Positions 47,367 through 59,900 of a stretch of DNA of 64,000 bases are shown piece by piece (the stretch's first letter is position 1; the number at the start of each line of letters is the position of its first letter). Under the pieces are notes generated by a model. The model was not told where the DNA came from, did no database searches, and saw only the letters and a list, made by a program, of their open reading frames with translations. The DNA comes from Octopus sinensis (lineage: Eukaryota): NCBI RefSeq assembly GCF_006345805.1, contig NC_043016.1, positions 29,450,001 to 29,514,000 of the forward strand, read 5' to 3'. The position numbers and the translations under genes were made by a program.

Positions 47367-48020
47367 ATTATTTACATTCGATGGATATTTGTCCTCACCT
47401 TGTTTGTTGTTAATACAACGTTTCGGCTGATATACCCCGATATACACCCTTCTTCAAGTGTCTTGGGGAAATTCAGGTGTCAAGGGCATATGTCATAGTG
47501 GTTAAGAGTGCGGGCTACTAACCCCAAGATTCTGAGTTTGATTCTATGCAGTGACCTGAACAATAACAATAACAACAATAATAATAATAACATCGACAAA
47601 TACCTTAGAAAAGAGAACCCAGGCTCGAAATTTCCCCCAAGACACCTGAAAAAGGCTGGAGGGTATATCAGCTGAAACACTGTGTTAACAACAAACAAGA
47701 TGAGGACAAATATCTGTTGAGTGTAAATAATGTAAATAGATAAATGTTCCTTCTCAAGCCATGCCAGGCTCATAAGGGCCAGTTTCCCAGTTTCAGTGGC
47801 GTAGAAATTCCTCACCTGGATGGGATCACTCATTTTTGCCAGCTGAGTGGACTGGAGCAACGTGAAATGAAGTGTTTTGCTCAAGAACACAACGCATCGC
47901 CCAGTCCAGGAATTGAAACCACAATCTTACAATCATGAGTCCAACACCCTAACCACTAAGCCACGCGCCTCCACTAAATAATGTACATAATTCCTCATCT
48001 CTTAAATATAGAACTGTATT
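47367..48020 (+). mobile_element. Penelope-like insertion C: inverted partial pLTR, tRNA-like cassette and pLTR, interrupted by a family C SINE
   Basis: Antisense arm 47367-47473; tRNA-like 47484-47557; decayed hammerhead 47641-47690; SINE 47740-47974 flanked by duplicated taaataatgta; tail resumes at 47976. Confidence 0.85.
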
Positions 48021-48254
48021 TTCTGACATGTTTCGCAATGGTTGCTTAATGGTATCTAGTGAACACCAGGCTCCCTAAGTTGTTGTCATGTACTAAATTG
48101 TACTCATGAGCATTTTGATAATGAGTTTTCTGTCTGGCCAATATATATCTCTTAACAATTCAAGCATCTGATGCACTAGATTAGATTTCTTCTTTTATAA
48201 GTTCATATTTCTTGCACCAGCTTCACATAGCAGCCTCAGCCCATCCATATACCC

Positions 48255-48812
48255 TGGATTGTAGGACAGCCTGCTGTGCTTATCTTGGATCATAAGATGA
48301 TCTGCTGTGCTTGAGGAAACCTATTGAGTCAAGTACATCAACATCAATACAAAAATCAAATGGAAATCGTAGTTGTGATACGTGTGCCGGTGGCATGTAA
48401 AAAGTACCATCCGAATGTAGCCAATGCCAGCGCTGCCTTGACTGGCTTCCGTGCCGTTGGCACGTAAAAAGCACCATCTAATCATGGCTGTTGCCAGCCT
48501 CCTCTGGCACCTGTGCCGGTGGCACGTAAAAAGCACCATCCAAATGTGGCCGATGCCAGCGCCACCTTGACTGGCTTCCCTGCCGGTGACATATAAAAAG
48601 CACCAACCTATCGTGGCTGTTGCACTTGTGCCGGTGGCCTGTAAAAAGCACCCACTACACTCATGGTGTGGTTGGCATTAGGAAGGGCATCCTACTGTAG
48701 AAACACTGCCAGATCTGACTGGAGCCTGGTGCAGCCTCCTGGCTTCCCAGACTCCGGTTGAACAGTCCAGCCCATGCTAGCATGGAAAACAGACGTTAAA
48801 CAATGATGATGA
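48255..48812 (+). mobile_element. RTE-tail SINE with five GTGCCGGTGGCAC-GTAAAAAGCACC units
   Basis: Units at about 48384, 48451, 48513, 48580 and 48628; ends gttaaacaatgatgatga. Confidence 0.85.
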
Positions 48813-48814
48813 TT

Positions 48815-50570
48815 TGCATTTGTAAATATTATTCTTCTTTTTGTATTGATAAGTATGAACTGGCATGTACATATCAATTGTCATTTCATTTGGATACTAT
48901 GAATGTTTGTATCATTGTTATTTACGTCAAACTTTGTCATTGCTGAAGATTATTTCAAATTTTTTGGTTGCTTTTACTTTGAATCAGTTTTGGTTAGTAA
49001 CTATATCTTTTAGTTTGCTACTCTGACCAATGACAGGCAAGTTTAATTCGGCAACATTAAAGATATTGTGGTACCATGAGGTGTGTTTCACTATAAATAG
49101 TATAATGTTCTCGTTCTTGTGTTCCTCTTCTTGAGCTGCTCTAAGATGTGTAGGGCTTTGTTTAACATGCTCCATACTAGTAATTTTCAACTGGGGTCTG
49201 CATAAGGTTTTGTTGTTAAAGTTTATCTGCAATAAATTTTCTGTAGTTCTTTTACTTGTTTCAGTCATTTGACTGTGGCCATGCTGGTACACTGCTTTGA
49301 ATTGTTTTTAGTTGAACAAATCGACCCCAGGACTTTTTTATGGCCTGGTACTTATTCTATTGATCTCTTTTGCTGAACACACAGATACATACATACATGC
49401 ATGCATGCATGCATACATATATACATACATACATGCATGCATACATACACACACACATACATACATACATACATACATACACACATACATACACACACGC
49501 ATATACACACATACATACACATATACATACACACACATACACATACACACCATTTATGTATTTTTGGTAAGCCATAAAAGATGCTGAATGTAGGTTCAAA
49601 ATTGCGGGGTGGGGTTGGGTGGTGTGCGTTATTGGTGATAAGGGAGGTGTAGTGTTGTAGGTTCAAAATTGTGGGTGATAAAGTGAGTTGTGTTCTGAAA
49701 CCCACTTACTGAACTTCATGACGCTGTAATTTAGATTTTAAGGTATTTCACAGTAAAATGTTGCATCCTTCAATTGATCTTCAGCTAAATCCTGGTAATA
49801 TTAAGCATCTATTGTGACAATAACATTCCCTTTTTCTGCTTCTTTTATAACTATTGTGTTACTGTTTTGGAGGTGTTTAAGCACAGACTTCTGTGGTTTG
49901 GTAATATTTAACCTGACATAAATTGACTAGTTGCAGAATCGTTAGCATGCCAGGCAAAATACTTAGTGGCATTTCATCTGTCTTGAGGTTTTGAGTTCAA
50001 ATTCTGCTGATGTCAACCTTGCCTTTCATCCTTGATGAATTAAGTACCAGTTGAGTACTGGGGTTGATGTAACCAATTTACTACTCCTCCAAAATTGCTG
50101 GCCTTGTGCCAAAATTTGAAACTAATACTTGGTCTGACTAATATTTTACCAAAGTGGGAATTTAGAAAGGATATTAATGTGTTGGTCCGGTTGAGTATTT
50201 CTTCCTTTTGGCAGGGTGAATTTTGAATTATTCTTTATCAGGTATTCATCAATCTCACTATTTTTTATTGGTGAAAGCCTCAACAAGCCATAACTTCTAA
50301 AAAAAAACTTTTGAATATCCTCTTCCAGTTGTTGGTGGTTGACTGTTGATGTAGATTTGAATTTAAGTTCTTTTGATAAAAGTTGGAATTCATCATTGTC
50401 TATATCCCGTTTCGATAGATTAATTGTATTACATCAGATTTTGAAATTCTATGGACCAATGTAGATATGGTTAATTCAGAGTGCTCGTTAATCAAAATCT
50501 TTTTTCTTAAGTCTTATCATTGTCTTGCAGGAAGATATTTGATGAGACTCAGGGAGTTGAGACAATGATA
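48815..50570 (-). mobile_element. Fragmented Neptune-like Penelope ORF interrupted by SINEs and a microsatellite
   Basis: Minus strand NLSKRDIDNDEFQLLSK..., IKEAEKGNVIV...YYQDLAEDQLKDATFY, FYGLPKIHK (about 49550-49580) and linker IILFIVKHT...QPKNLK. Confidence 0.8.
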
Positions 50571-51154
50571 TGGTATCACAAACTGGAAGTGCAGCTGCTG
50601 TGATGCCAGTTTTCATTAGATGTCTGAATGAAATTGGCATAGGGAGATAAGAGTGAAGGTTGAATAAATAAAATATATACCTAAGAAAAAAATATATAAA
50701 AACATTTATCAACAAGGAATGAAATATGTACACTGAATAAAGAAAACATGCTACCATTGGATAAGAAAAGTAGGTAGAATGAGAAACAAGAAAGACTAGA
50801 AAAATTGAAGATTTGGTATTAGTCAGAATGAAAAGAAATAGTGAAGGTGTCAAACAATATAAGATGGGTTCACGAGTTGAATGAACAAAAATTGGTAAAA
50901 TGGAAAGAAATTAATTTAACGAAAGTTAATGGGGGAATGAATCAGAAGACAGAAATACATGATACTCTATTTTAAAGAATATGAAAGTGAGGATATGATC
51001 ATGGTGTGGAACTTCAAAGAATGGGCGAGAAGGAATTGAGATTGGTAAGTTTATGCACAAATCATGTTTACAATTATTGGTAACACTCCAAGAAAAAAAC
51101 TCATATATTCCTGGAAAAAGAGTAAGAGTATGAACTTTAGATTTTCTACCACTG

Positions 51155-51862
51155 GTAGAAACTAGGGATAGATGAGTGGTTGGTGAGAGCTGTACAAGCC
51201 ATGTACAGGGATGCTGTCAGTAAGGTTAGGGTTGGCAATGAGTACAGCAAAGAATTTAGGGTACAAATAGGGGTTTACCAAGGGTCAGTCCTCAGCCCCC
51301 TTTTGTTCATCATAGTCCTCCAGGTATTAACAGAGGAATTGAAGACAGGTTGCCCCTGGAAGCTCCTATATGCCAATGACCTTGTTCTTATAGCTGAATC
51401 ACTATCAGAACTAGAGAAGAAATTTGAAGTATGGCAGCAAGATCTAGACTCAAAGGGCCTTAGAGTAAACCTAGCAAAAACCAAAGTCTTAGTAAGTAGG
51501 AAGGCAGACAAATCACAAATCCCTTCAGGTAGATGGCCTTGTTCGATCTGTAGAAAAGGCATACGTAGAAACTCCATTGGATGTACCTGGTGTAAGCTAT
51601 GGACACATAAGAGATGCAGCAATACCAGAAGAAGGTTAACAGAGAAAATAGTTTTTGTGTGTGGCAGATGCACAAACAAAAATGTACAGAAAACGAACTC
51701 CATCAACTGCTAGGTGGGTAGCTAGAAGTAGTAGATAGCTTCCGTTATCTAGGTGACCAAGTTGGTAGTGGAGATGGATGCTCCAAGATCGTAGCTGTGA
51801 GACTATGAATAGGCTGGGTAAAGTTGAAAGAGTTCCTACCTCTACTAGCAACAAAGGGCCTT
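51155..51862 (+). mobile_element. RTE-clade LINE internal fragment with a PHD-like Cys/His cluster
   Basis: GVYQGSVLSPLLF, LLYANDL, CSIC..CTWCKLWTHKRC..CGRC. Confidence 0.9.
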
Positions 51863-52341
51863 ACGCATAACCTCTGAAGAGCACACTGTTATATATATAT
51901 ATTATATATTATATATATATATACTTACTAAGCACTTAACAGACATCCTTAATTAAATTAAACAGCACATGGATTTAATCACATGGATTTAATCACATGG
52001 ATCTCAGTCCTCCAAGGCAATTTTTTCATGAACTATCATTAAATTCGAGATACACAAAGACTTTACAATGTATTGGAATACCTATTTTTTAATTTTTGTA
52101 CATGTTTATAATTATTTTTTTCCAAAAACAATGTAATTTTTTTCTTTTTTTCCCCTCCTCAAACATAAACAAAAAAATTTTTTTCTTTCCACCTTACAAT
52201 TCTTGAAAAGTCACATTGTGACAAAAACTTGTTTGAATTAATATATATATATATTTTATTAATTTTTCAAAATTTTCCATACACCCATTTTCATTAAAAC
52301 TTTCCTTTAATTTAGCATTCTGCCTTTTTAATTTTGCCTTG

Positions 52342-52378
<37 letters not shown>

Positions 52379-52583
52379 CAATATGAAAATGGAGGGGACC
52401 AATTGTTGGTTCATCAACTTTTAGACATTATATTATGTTAACTTATTTATTTATTTACTAAACTGATAATTACAATAATATACACACATATACATATTAT
52501 GCTTTACATATAAGATATAAAATATAGTAATATATAAGGATATCAGTAATTATTATAAAGTAACATGACTATAAATTGGGAAA

Positions 52584-52713
52584 ATAACTTACAGCTGTTT
52601 CAGCCAAGAGGTAAAAATACCTCATTCTACCTTTATTACTCAAGTGGAGCGAAGTAAGAGGCAGATGAAACTGAAGTACTTGGGTATATCTCTAGGCTTC
52701 GTCAGAGATTATA
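52584..52713 (-). ncRNA. Hammerhead ribozyme motif with intact core and 79-nt loop II (family 3)
   Basis: Minus strand TATAATCT-CTGACGA-AGCCtAGAG-[79 nt]-CTCTtGGCT-GAAA-CAGCTG-TA|AGTTAT; GUA cleavage triplet. Confidence 0.75.
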
Positions 52714-52829
52714 AAGTACATAATGTTAAGTTATAAATAAATATAAATATAAAATAAATGAAAATACACACACATTTATATATTTATATATCATATATAT
52801 ATATATATATTCATATTATATATATATAT

Positions 52830-53690
52830 ATTTACGTTAAATAGATGTGTGTATTTTTCCCTTGTTAACAATTAACACGGAAAAAATATATAAATAGTTA
52901 CCAGGTTAGCAAAAAATTGCACAAGTAAAGAGGTTGTAACTCCTTGTTTTTAAAGGTAGAAACTTCAGGTTTACGTGGAATTTTTTCTATAATATATAAA
53001 TAAATGGAGTTTAACACAGGTATAATTCAAACACTTTTACTTCTGACACATGTTTTGAAGATATCACTGATATTATTCCAAAGGAATAATGGTGTAAAAC
53101 AATGTAATCTTCTCTTCAGGGAAGTGAAGAAATGAAACTCATCAATAAGACATTTTAATAGAAAATGATGGATATATATAGTGATTTACTGAACACTATT
53201 GATATTGTTTGAAAAAACGTTATATGATATAACGTCAGAAGTAGCCTATAGAAAGAGGAGGGATATTTTTTTTAGTAAATGTTAAATATAAAAGAAAATT
53301 AATGTTTAAATTATATATAATGATAGAGATTACTTATATGAGCAAAAGGTGTGTTTTTGCCAATGTTTACATCGGTATGCACGCTCTATAACCATGTTTA
53401 CTAGGGGATTTTTAGAAAAATAATGAAAAATAGTTCAGAATTACAGAGAAGACAAAATTCTTTGCCTTTGTCATAAGGTATTGAGATTGAGAGAATCAAC
53501 CATTCTAAATAAAATTGTTCATTGTGGTTTTAGATCCCAAATTAATTTACTGAGTCCTGTACTGTTACGTTTATTCCTATCCCTAAATGTCGAGTAATGG
53601 ATAGAAATTCTTTTAGATAACTGTAACGATGTGCTTCCAACGTAAAATTGTACTTTATTATGAATAAACGTAACAGTACAGGGCTCAGTA
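52830..53690 (-). mobile_element. 5'-truncated Penelope-like element (Naiad-like GIY-YIG C-terminus) with hammerhead remnant and 5' inversion
   Basis: FYVGSTSLQLSKRISIHYSTF...STGLSKLIWDLK...W.I...PYDKGKEFCLLCNSE...LVN...CKH, stop at 53330-53332; hammerhead remnant 53039-53125; 29-bp inversion 53548-53576 / 53662-53690. Confidence 0.8.
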
Positions 53691-54782
53691 CAGGATATTA
53701 TTTAAAGGTTACAATACATGTACTTTTTTGTTGAAATTTCTTTCATGGATCAGTACTATATATATATATATATATATAGATAGATAGATAGATACACACA
53801 CACACGCACACATATATTATAAACATTTATAGATATATAAATAAAATATAAGGATAAAATCTATATAAGATTTTGAGTAGCCAGGCTGTAAGCTTATTAA
53901 GGAAGTTTCTTCTTGTGTATTATATATATATATATATATATAATATAGATAGATATAGATAGATATACACATACATATATATATACATATATATGTGAAA
54001 TATTATTACTGTTTTAAACAGTAATAATGAGGTGGCTAGCAAGACTTCTACATATACAGGTATAATATACAATGATTGAAGAAAAGGGTAAAGATACCAC
54101 TTGCTAAAAATCAAAGCGAAAACTCCAAAAAAACCACCAATCTTACTATAAAAATACACACAAGCAATGCAGTGAATATTTTAAAAAATAGGCCTACCTT
54201 CAGAATGGAATACGAAAATAGATAATACATGTCCTAATATCAATTGATTTCATGCTCTGCAATCATTGGTTCGAAATAGTATTTAACATCTATTTCTATA
54301 ATAAAAATACTTCACATATTTACATTTTTATTGTTTATGATAGTTTCTTTTTAAACGGAGCAGGACTTTTAAAGTTAGAAATGCACACATTTCTTGTATT
54401 TTGGGATAGTCATTTTATTTATTCATTATTATTTTTTTGCCAAATAAATACACACTATATATATATATATATATATTTTTTTTTTCTTCACTTGTTTATT
54501 ACTGTTATTTTTTTTATTTTCAAGTCTGTTCATAGTCTGGAAATCTTTTGTCACACACCAGTAACCCCAGTGGCACTTTTCATTTCCATGTGTGTTCTTG
54601 CTCTAGATACTCCATTCTGTTCTTCTATATGTGTATATGTGTGTGTGTGTGTATAAATATATATATATGTGTATGTATGTACAGATATCTATATATATGT
54701 ATATATAAATATATATTTTTCTTATGTATATAATTATAAAAATATAATTATAGATAAGGGCTACTGGAAATGATCATTGTCA

Positions 54783-54848
<66 letters not shown>

Positions 54849-54880
54849 GCATACATAATATATGGATATATATATATATG

Positions 54881-54916
<36 letters not shown>

Positions 54917-55129
54917 CCCTTATATATAATGTAATATTTTGAATTCGCCTAAAATGGTCCCTTTACATACTGAATACTTGGTGAAATTGATTAATAATTA
55001 ATTAATTTTACCCTCAATTGTTGAAATTATATATATATATATATATTATATATTATATATATGTATACATATATAATGTGTTGTGTGTGTGTATTTATAT
55101 ATATGTATATATATATTTGTATATATGTA

Positions 55130-55642
55130 CGATAAATCCTCGTGTATAGTCCACCCTTGAGTATTAATATGGAGGTGATTTTTAGGGGGCTGTACCTCTG
55201 GAAAACCTAAACCTTGTGTATAATATGCACCCCTTCTCTAACTTGAGTCAAGACGGTCTATATAATGTCCTTCGTTTGTAAAAATGTATGTGGTAGCGTC
55301 CTTTATTTTTATTGTACATATAACATAATGAAAACGTGTAGCTTTTTTGTGCATTTTGTTTGCAGAAAATAAAGAAATAACAGTAATAACGTTTAATAAA
55401 TGTTGCTTACTGCAAGTTATGGATGACTCTTTTAGGACTTCATTGGTTTCAGGTTTAGTTTAAGGTATTTTCACCCCCGACATCACTAAATGCATCTGAA
55501 TAAACATTGCCAGACAGCAAATAGAGACTCGGACATTACTTAGAAAATGTTTTTCCTTTTTTACCTCATATATAGTTCACACTAGGGATCATGACCTTTA
55601 AATTTTGGGATAAAAATGCGGATTATACTCGAGGATTTATGG
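55130..55642. mobile_element. Tc1/mariner-superfamily (Tc2/pogo-like) MITE, 513 bp
   Basis: 25-bp TIRs C.ATAAATCCTCG.GTATA.TCC.C (21/25 match), TA flanks. Confidence 0.8.
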
Positions 55643-55649
55643 TATATAT

Positions 55650-55700
<51 letters not shown>

Positions 55701-55734
55701 ATATATTTGTATATATGTGTATATATATATATAT

Positions 55735-56518
55735 AGTATGATGCATGTGTACGAACAGCATGCTACATGGCAGTAAAACATGGGCCGTGACTGCTGAGGT
55801 CATGCGTAAGCTTGCAAGGAATGAAGCCAGCATGCTCCACCGGATGTGTCATGTCAATGTGTATACATGACAGAGTGTAAGTGCCTTGAGAGTAAAGTTG
55901 GACCTAAGAAGCAACAGATGTGGTGTGCAAGAGAGATGACTGCACTGGTATGGTCATGTGGTGAGAGTAGATGAGGACAGCTGTGTGAAAAAGTGTCACA
56001 CCCTAGCAGTTGAGGGAAGCTGTGGAAGAGGTAGACCCAGGAAGATCTGGGATGAGGTGGTGAAGCATGACCTTCAAACATTAAACCTCACTGAGGCAAT
56101 GAGTAGTGACTGAGACATTTGGAAATATGCTGTGCTTGAGAAAACTTGACAAGCCAAGTGAGACCATAACCCATGGCCTATGCCAGTGGTGTAACCATCC
56201 CATTTATGCATACTTTTCTTTCATTGGACACTAAACTCTGCTTGCGAAGACCTGACTCCTGTGCAGGTGGCACGTAAAAAACACCATTTGAGCATGGCTG
56301 TTGCCAGTGCCGCCTGACTGGCCCTCATGCCGGTGGCGCATAAAAGCACCCACCACACTCTCGGGGTGGTTGGTGTTAGGAAGGGCATCCAGCTGTAGAA
56401 ACTCTGTCAGATCAAGATTGGAGCCTGGTGCAGCCATCCAGGTCGCCAGTCCTCAGTCAAATTGTCCAACCAATGCCATCATGGAAAGTGGATGTTAAAC
56501 GATGATGATAATGATGAT
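55735..56518 (+). mobile_element. 5'-truncated RTE LINE 3' end
   Basis: Homologous to 39980-40968. Confidence 0.9.
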
Positions 56519-57104
56519 GTATGTATATATATATGTGTGTATGTATGTGTATATATATATATATCAACCCATGCTAGCATGGAAAACGGACGTTAAACGA
56601 TGATGATGACAGTTATATATATCTGTATATATATATATATATATGTGTATATATATATATGTATATATGTATGTATATATGCATATATAGATATGTATAT
56701 ATGTATGTATATATGCATATATGCATATATAGATATGTGTATATGTATATATATGTATATATGATAATTATCATCATCATCACCAAAATTTTGAAGTTAC
56801 AAAGTAACATGTGGTTAATTAAAAACAATATGGATGAAAAAAGTATCACATTTGATAGAATAATCTGAATGCTAAAGGGTTTAAGAAGATGGAGCCTGTG
56901 GGAGAGAGAAACCTCAGAAGACATGGGACAAAGTGAAGAAGAATGGTCTTGGGATAGTGAACCTCTTAGAGAAGATGATAAAAGATTGTAGCAATTGCCA
57001 ACATGCAGTACTGGAAATGAATTACCCACCTACACAAACAAATGTTGTGTACAAAATGCTAAAATGATAAAAGCAATGGAAACTGGAAGCTGTATATATA
57101 TTTA

Positions 57105-57330
57105 TATCTTTATTGCCCACAGTGGGGGTTAATCACAGAGGGGACAAACAAGGATAGACAAAGGGATTAAGTTGATTACATTGACTCCAGTGCGTAACTG
57201 GTACTTATTTAATCGACCCCAAAAGGATGTGAGGCAAAGTTGACCTTGGCAGAATTTGAACTTGGATTGGCAGATGTAATACTGCTAAGCATTTCACTCG
57301 GTGTGCTAACTATTCTGCCAGCTCGCTGCT
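57105..57330 (-). mobile_element. Family B SINE
   Basis: Reverse complement of gcgagctggcagaa...gttcaaattctgcc...gcct..catcctttt; homologous to 58425-58658. Confidence 0.85.
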
Positions 57331-57745
57331 CTGAAGCTGTATATATATTGTCATATATCCCTGCTATTCTACCATTCGCTTCCCCCCGCCTACACTTATC
57401 ATATATTACTCAGCTCCTTGATGCCCTCTCATCTACATACTTATCCATTTGTCTGTCTGTCTATCTTTTTGATTCTGTGTATCACCGACATCTCTGTCAC
57501 TAACACTTCCACTGCTCACCTTTTCATTCTTCTTGCAATCTCCTTTATCTGCTGCACCCTGTTTCCTACATCACATCCTCACTCAAGCACTGTATCTCCA
57601 CCATTACCTCCTCCACTACTGTATCCTCACTCTATTCATTATTTCTTTCCATAATCTTCTCCCCTACCCCAAATTTTTCTTCTGTTCACCGCCCCCTTCC
57701 TCACCTTGACAGTCATGTTACCTTGAATGAATAGGGTCACCTTAA

Positions 57746-57965
57746 CCCTTTCGTTACTGTATTTATTTTGAGATGCTCTGTGTTTCTTTCAATTACTTTA
57801 AAGATAACAAAGAATTTAGTAAAATACTTAGTTATCATTCAGTTAATGTTAGGAACATAAATTGCAAGTAAGGTTTGGTGGAAGATTTTAATTCAAAACT
57901 TATGAAAACAAGACATTTGTACTACAAAGCCAGAGGCGGTTTTAGCCGGGTTGGTAACGAAAGGG
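57746..57965. mobile_element. piggyBac-type MITE, 220 bp
   Basis: TTAA TSDs (57742-57745, 57966-57969) and TIR CCCTTTCGTTAC / GTAACGAAAGGG; partial relatives at 59905-60046 and 60085-60297. Confidence 0.9.
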
Positions 57966-58424
57966 TTAAAGTAGCTTTGACTCTTTTGACTCTTCGTGGA
58001 GTGTCAACAGAGTTGGTGCCAAATAAAATGCACCCAGAATATTCCTAAAAGGATTAATGAAGGAGTGAGGACAACTAAAGTTGAAAGGATCCCCTAGTCT
58101 CCAAGAGCAAGACTTGTTCTGTTGATGCTACATCTAAATAATTAATCCAGTCTACCCAATCAAGTTATTGATGTTAGGAAGGACATCCAGTCATAGAAAC
58201 CATGATAAAAAGGGAATGTTTTGAGTGACATGACCCTCCTACATGTCTAGAAGGGCAGAAATTCCAAATTAAAAACTAACTCAGCATGGAAAGAGCTCCA
58301 ACTTTCATCTAACTTATTTATTTTTAACCTTACTTTCCAGGTAAATAATACCAGATATCAGGCTGACTCAGCCACTGAAAAGGCCTGCTGTAGTAGTTGC
58401 CTTTAGAGTACTGCTTAGTAATAT

Positions 58425-58658
58425 ATATTTCTTTACTACCCACAAGGGGCTAAACATAGAGGGGACAAACAAGGACAGACAAAGGGATTAAGTCAATTAC
58501 ATCGATCCCAGTGCGTAACTGGTACTTAATTTATCGATCCCGAAAGGATGAAAGGCAAAGTCAACCTCGGCAGAATTTGAACTTGGAACGTATTGACAGA
58601 CGAAATACGGCTACGCATATCGCCTGGCGTGCTAATGTTTCTGCCAGCTTGCCGCCTT
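58425..58658 (-). mobile_element. Family B SINE, full length
   Basis: Minus strand aaggcggcaagctggcagaaacattagcacgcc...gttcaaattctgccgagg...gcctttcatcctttcggg. Confidence 0.9.
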
Positions 58659-58679
58659 TAGAGTGCTGCTTATTGATAT

Positions 58680-59900
58680 AGAGATAGCTGGCTTCCTGAA
58701 AGTTGGTCAATTCTTTGTTGTCATAGTTCAAAAGGAAGTGGAAGCTAAATGCAAAATGCATGCACAGGGTCCTAATCCCATTAGAACACATAACTTTGTA
58801 TAAAAAGTCCAAGAAATAATTGATAAAAACACTGGAAAATCAATCAGTGCCACTGCAAAGGAATTCACAGTTTCAGAATGCACCAACAGAAGAGTTATAC
58901 ATGTGGACATCCAGTATAAGTTGTATGTGATGTGGAGGGATCTGTCGAATGTGACAAGAATCATTAAATCCATGCAAATCACTTGCTAAACAAGTTAGAA
59001 CACCAAAAGGCTGGAATGCTTTGGTTTTACTCCAATGGGAAAATCTTTGATTAGGGTCAAAAGGTAAACTGAAAGAATGACATGGTTATGCAGCAACCTG
59101 AATGAGGTTCCATAAGGTCATGCATATCAAGTTCCCAGCAAATGTGATGGTTTTGTGAGTCATCAGCAATGATGATGCCATTCCCCATCACTTTTTTTTT
59201 CCACAGGACTTAACCCTTTAGCATTTAAACTAGCCATATTCACCCAGACTATTCTACTTGTTTTATGTTCAAACTGATTAGATCCAGGTTCTCGCACACC
59301 TACTCTATAATGTCATCCTAAAGTAAACAGTCACATTATTGAAATCATGGAGCTACAAGATTATGCATAATTAATTCCAGTACTGCCTGACTGGCCCTTG
59401 TGCCGGTGGCATGTAAAAGCACCCACTACACTCTCGGAGTGGTTGGCGTTAGAAAGGGCATCAAGCTGTAGAAACTCTGCCAGATCTGATTGGAGCCTGG
59501 TGTAGCCATCTGGTTCGCCAGACCTCAATCAAATCGTCCAACTTATGTTAGCATGGAAAGCAGACGTTAAACAATGATGATGAATTCAAAACACTGTGAA
59601 TAAATAAGCATCGCATTTAACAGTAATCTGAAGGCTAAAGGATTAAGAGTCAATGCTGCTGCCTACACAGAGGTGATGGAGAAAGTTGCAAGGCCCTAGA
59701 TAGACTATGCAATGGAACACTGTGTCTTCTAACAAGACTGCGCCGTCTCATAAGCTGAGACAATCTAAGTGTGGTTGCATGCCAGTCGTCATGACTATGT
59801 TCTTCCAGATGTATGGACTCCTGGCTCACTATTACGTGTGGGGGTATAGTCGAGAGAGAGGTCAAACAACACCCCCATAACACCTTTCAATCTCTCAAGT
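58680..59900 (+). mobile_element. maT-like Tc1/mariner transposase remnant split by a nested MITE
   Basis: WFYSNGKIFD, VMHIKFPANVMV, HFFPQG|LRVNAAAY, F*QDCA and YVWGIVEREV motifs. Confidence 0.85.
59210..59647. mobile_element. piggyBac-type MITE containing an RTE-tail SINE (59378-59584)
   Basis: ttaa-CCCTTTAGC...GCTAAAGGa-ttaa; related pieces near 56780-56884 and 62525-63091. Confidence 0.8.

Noticed and set aside
47484-47557. Functional tRNA gene (ACT anticodon)
   Set aside because: Imperfect stems, mutated B box, no long variable arm expected for Ser, and embedded in a repeat.
48384-48655. CRISPR array
   Set aside because: Eukaryotic context, linkers are related to each other, no cas genes, and the array is part of a dispersed retroposon tail.
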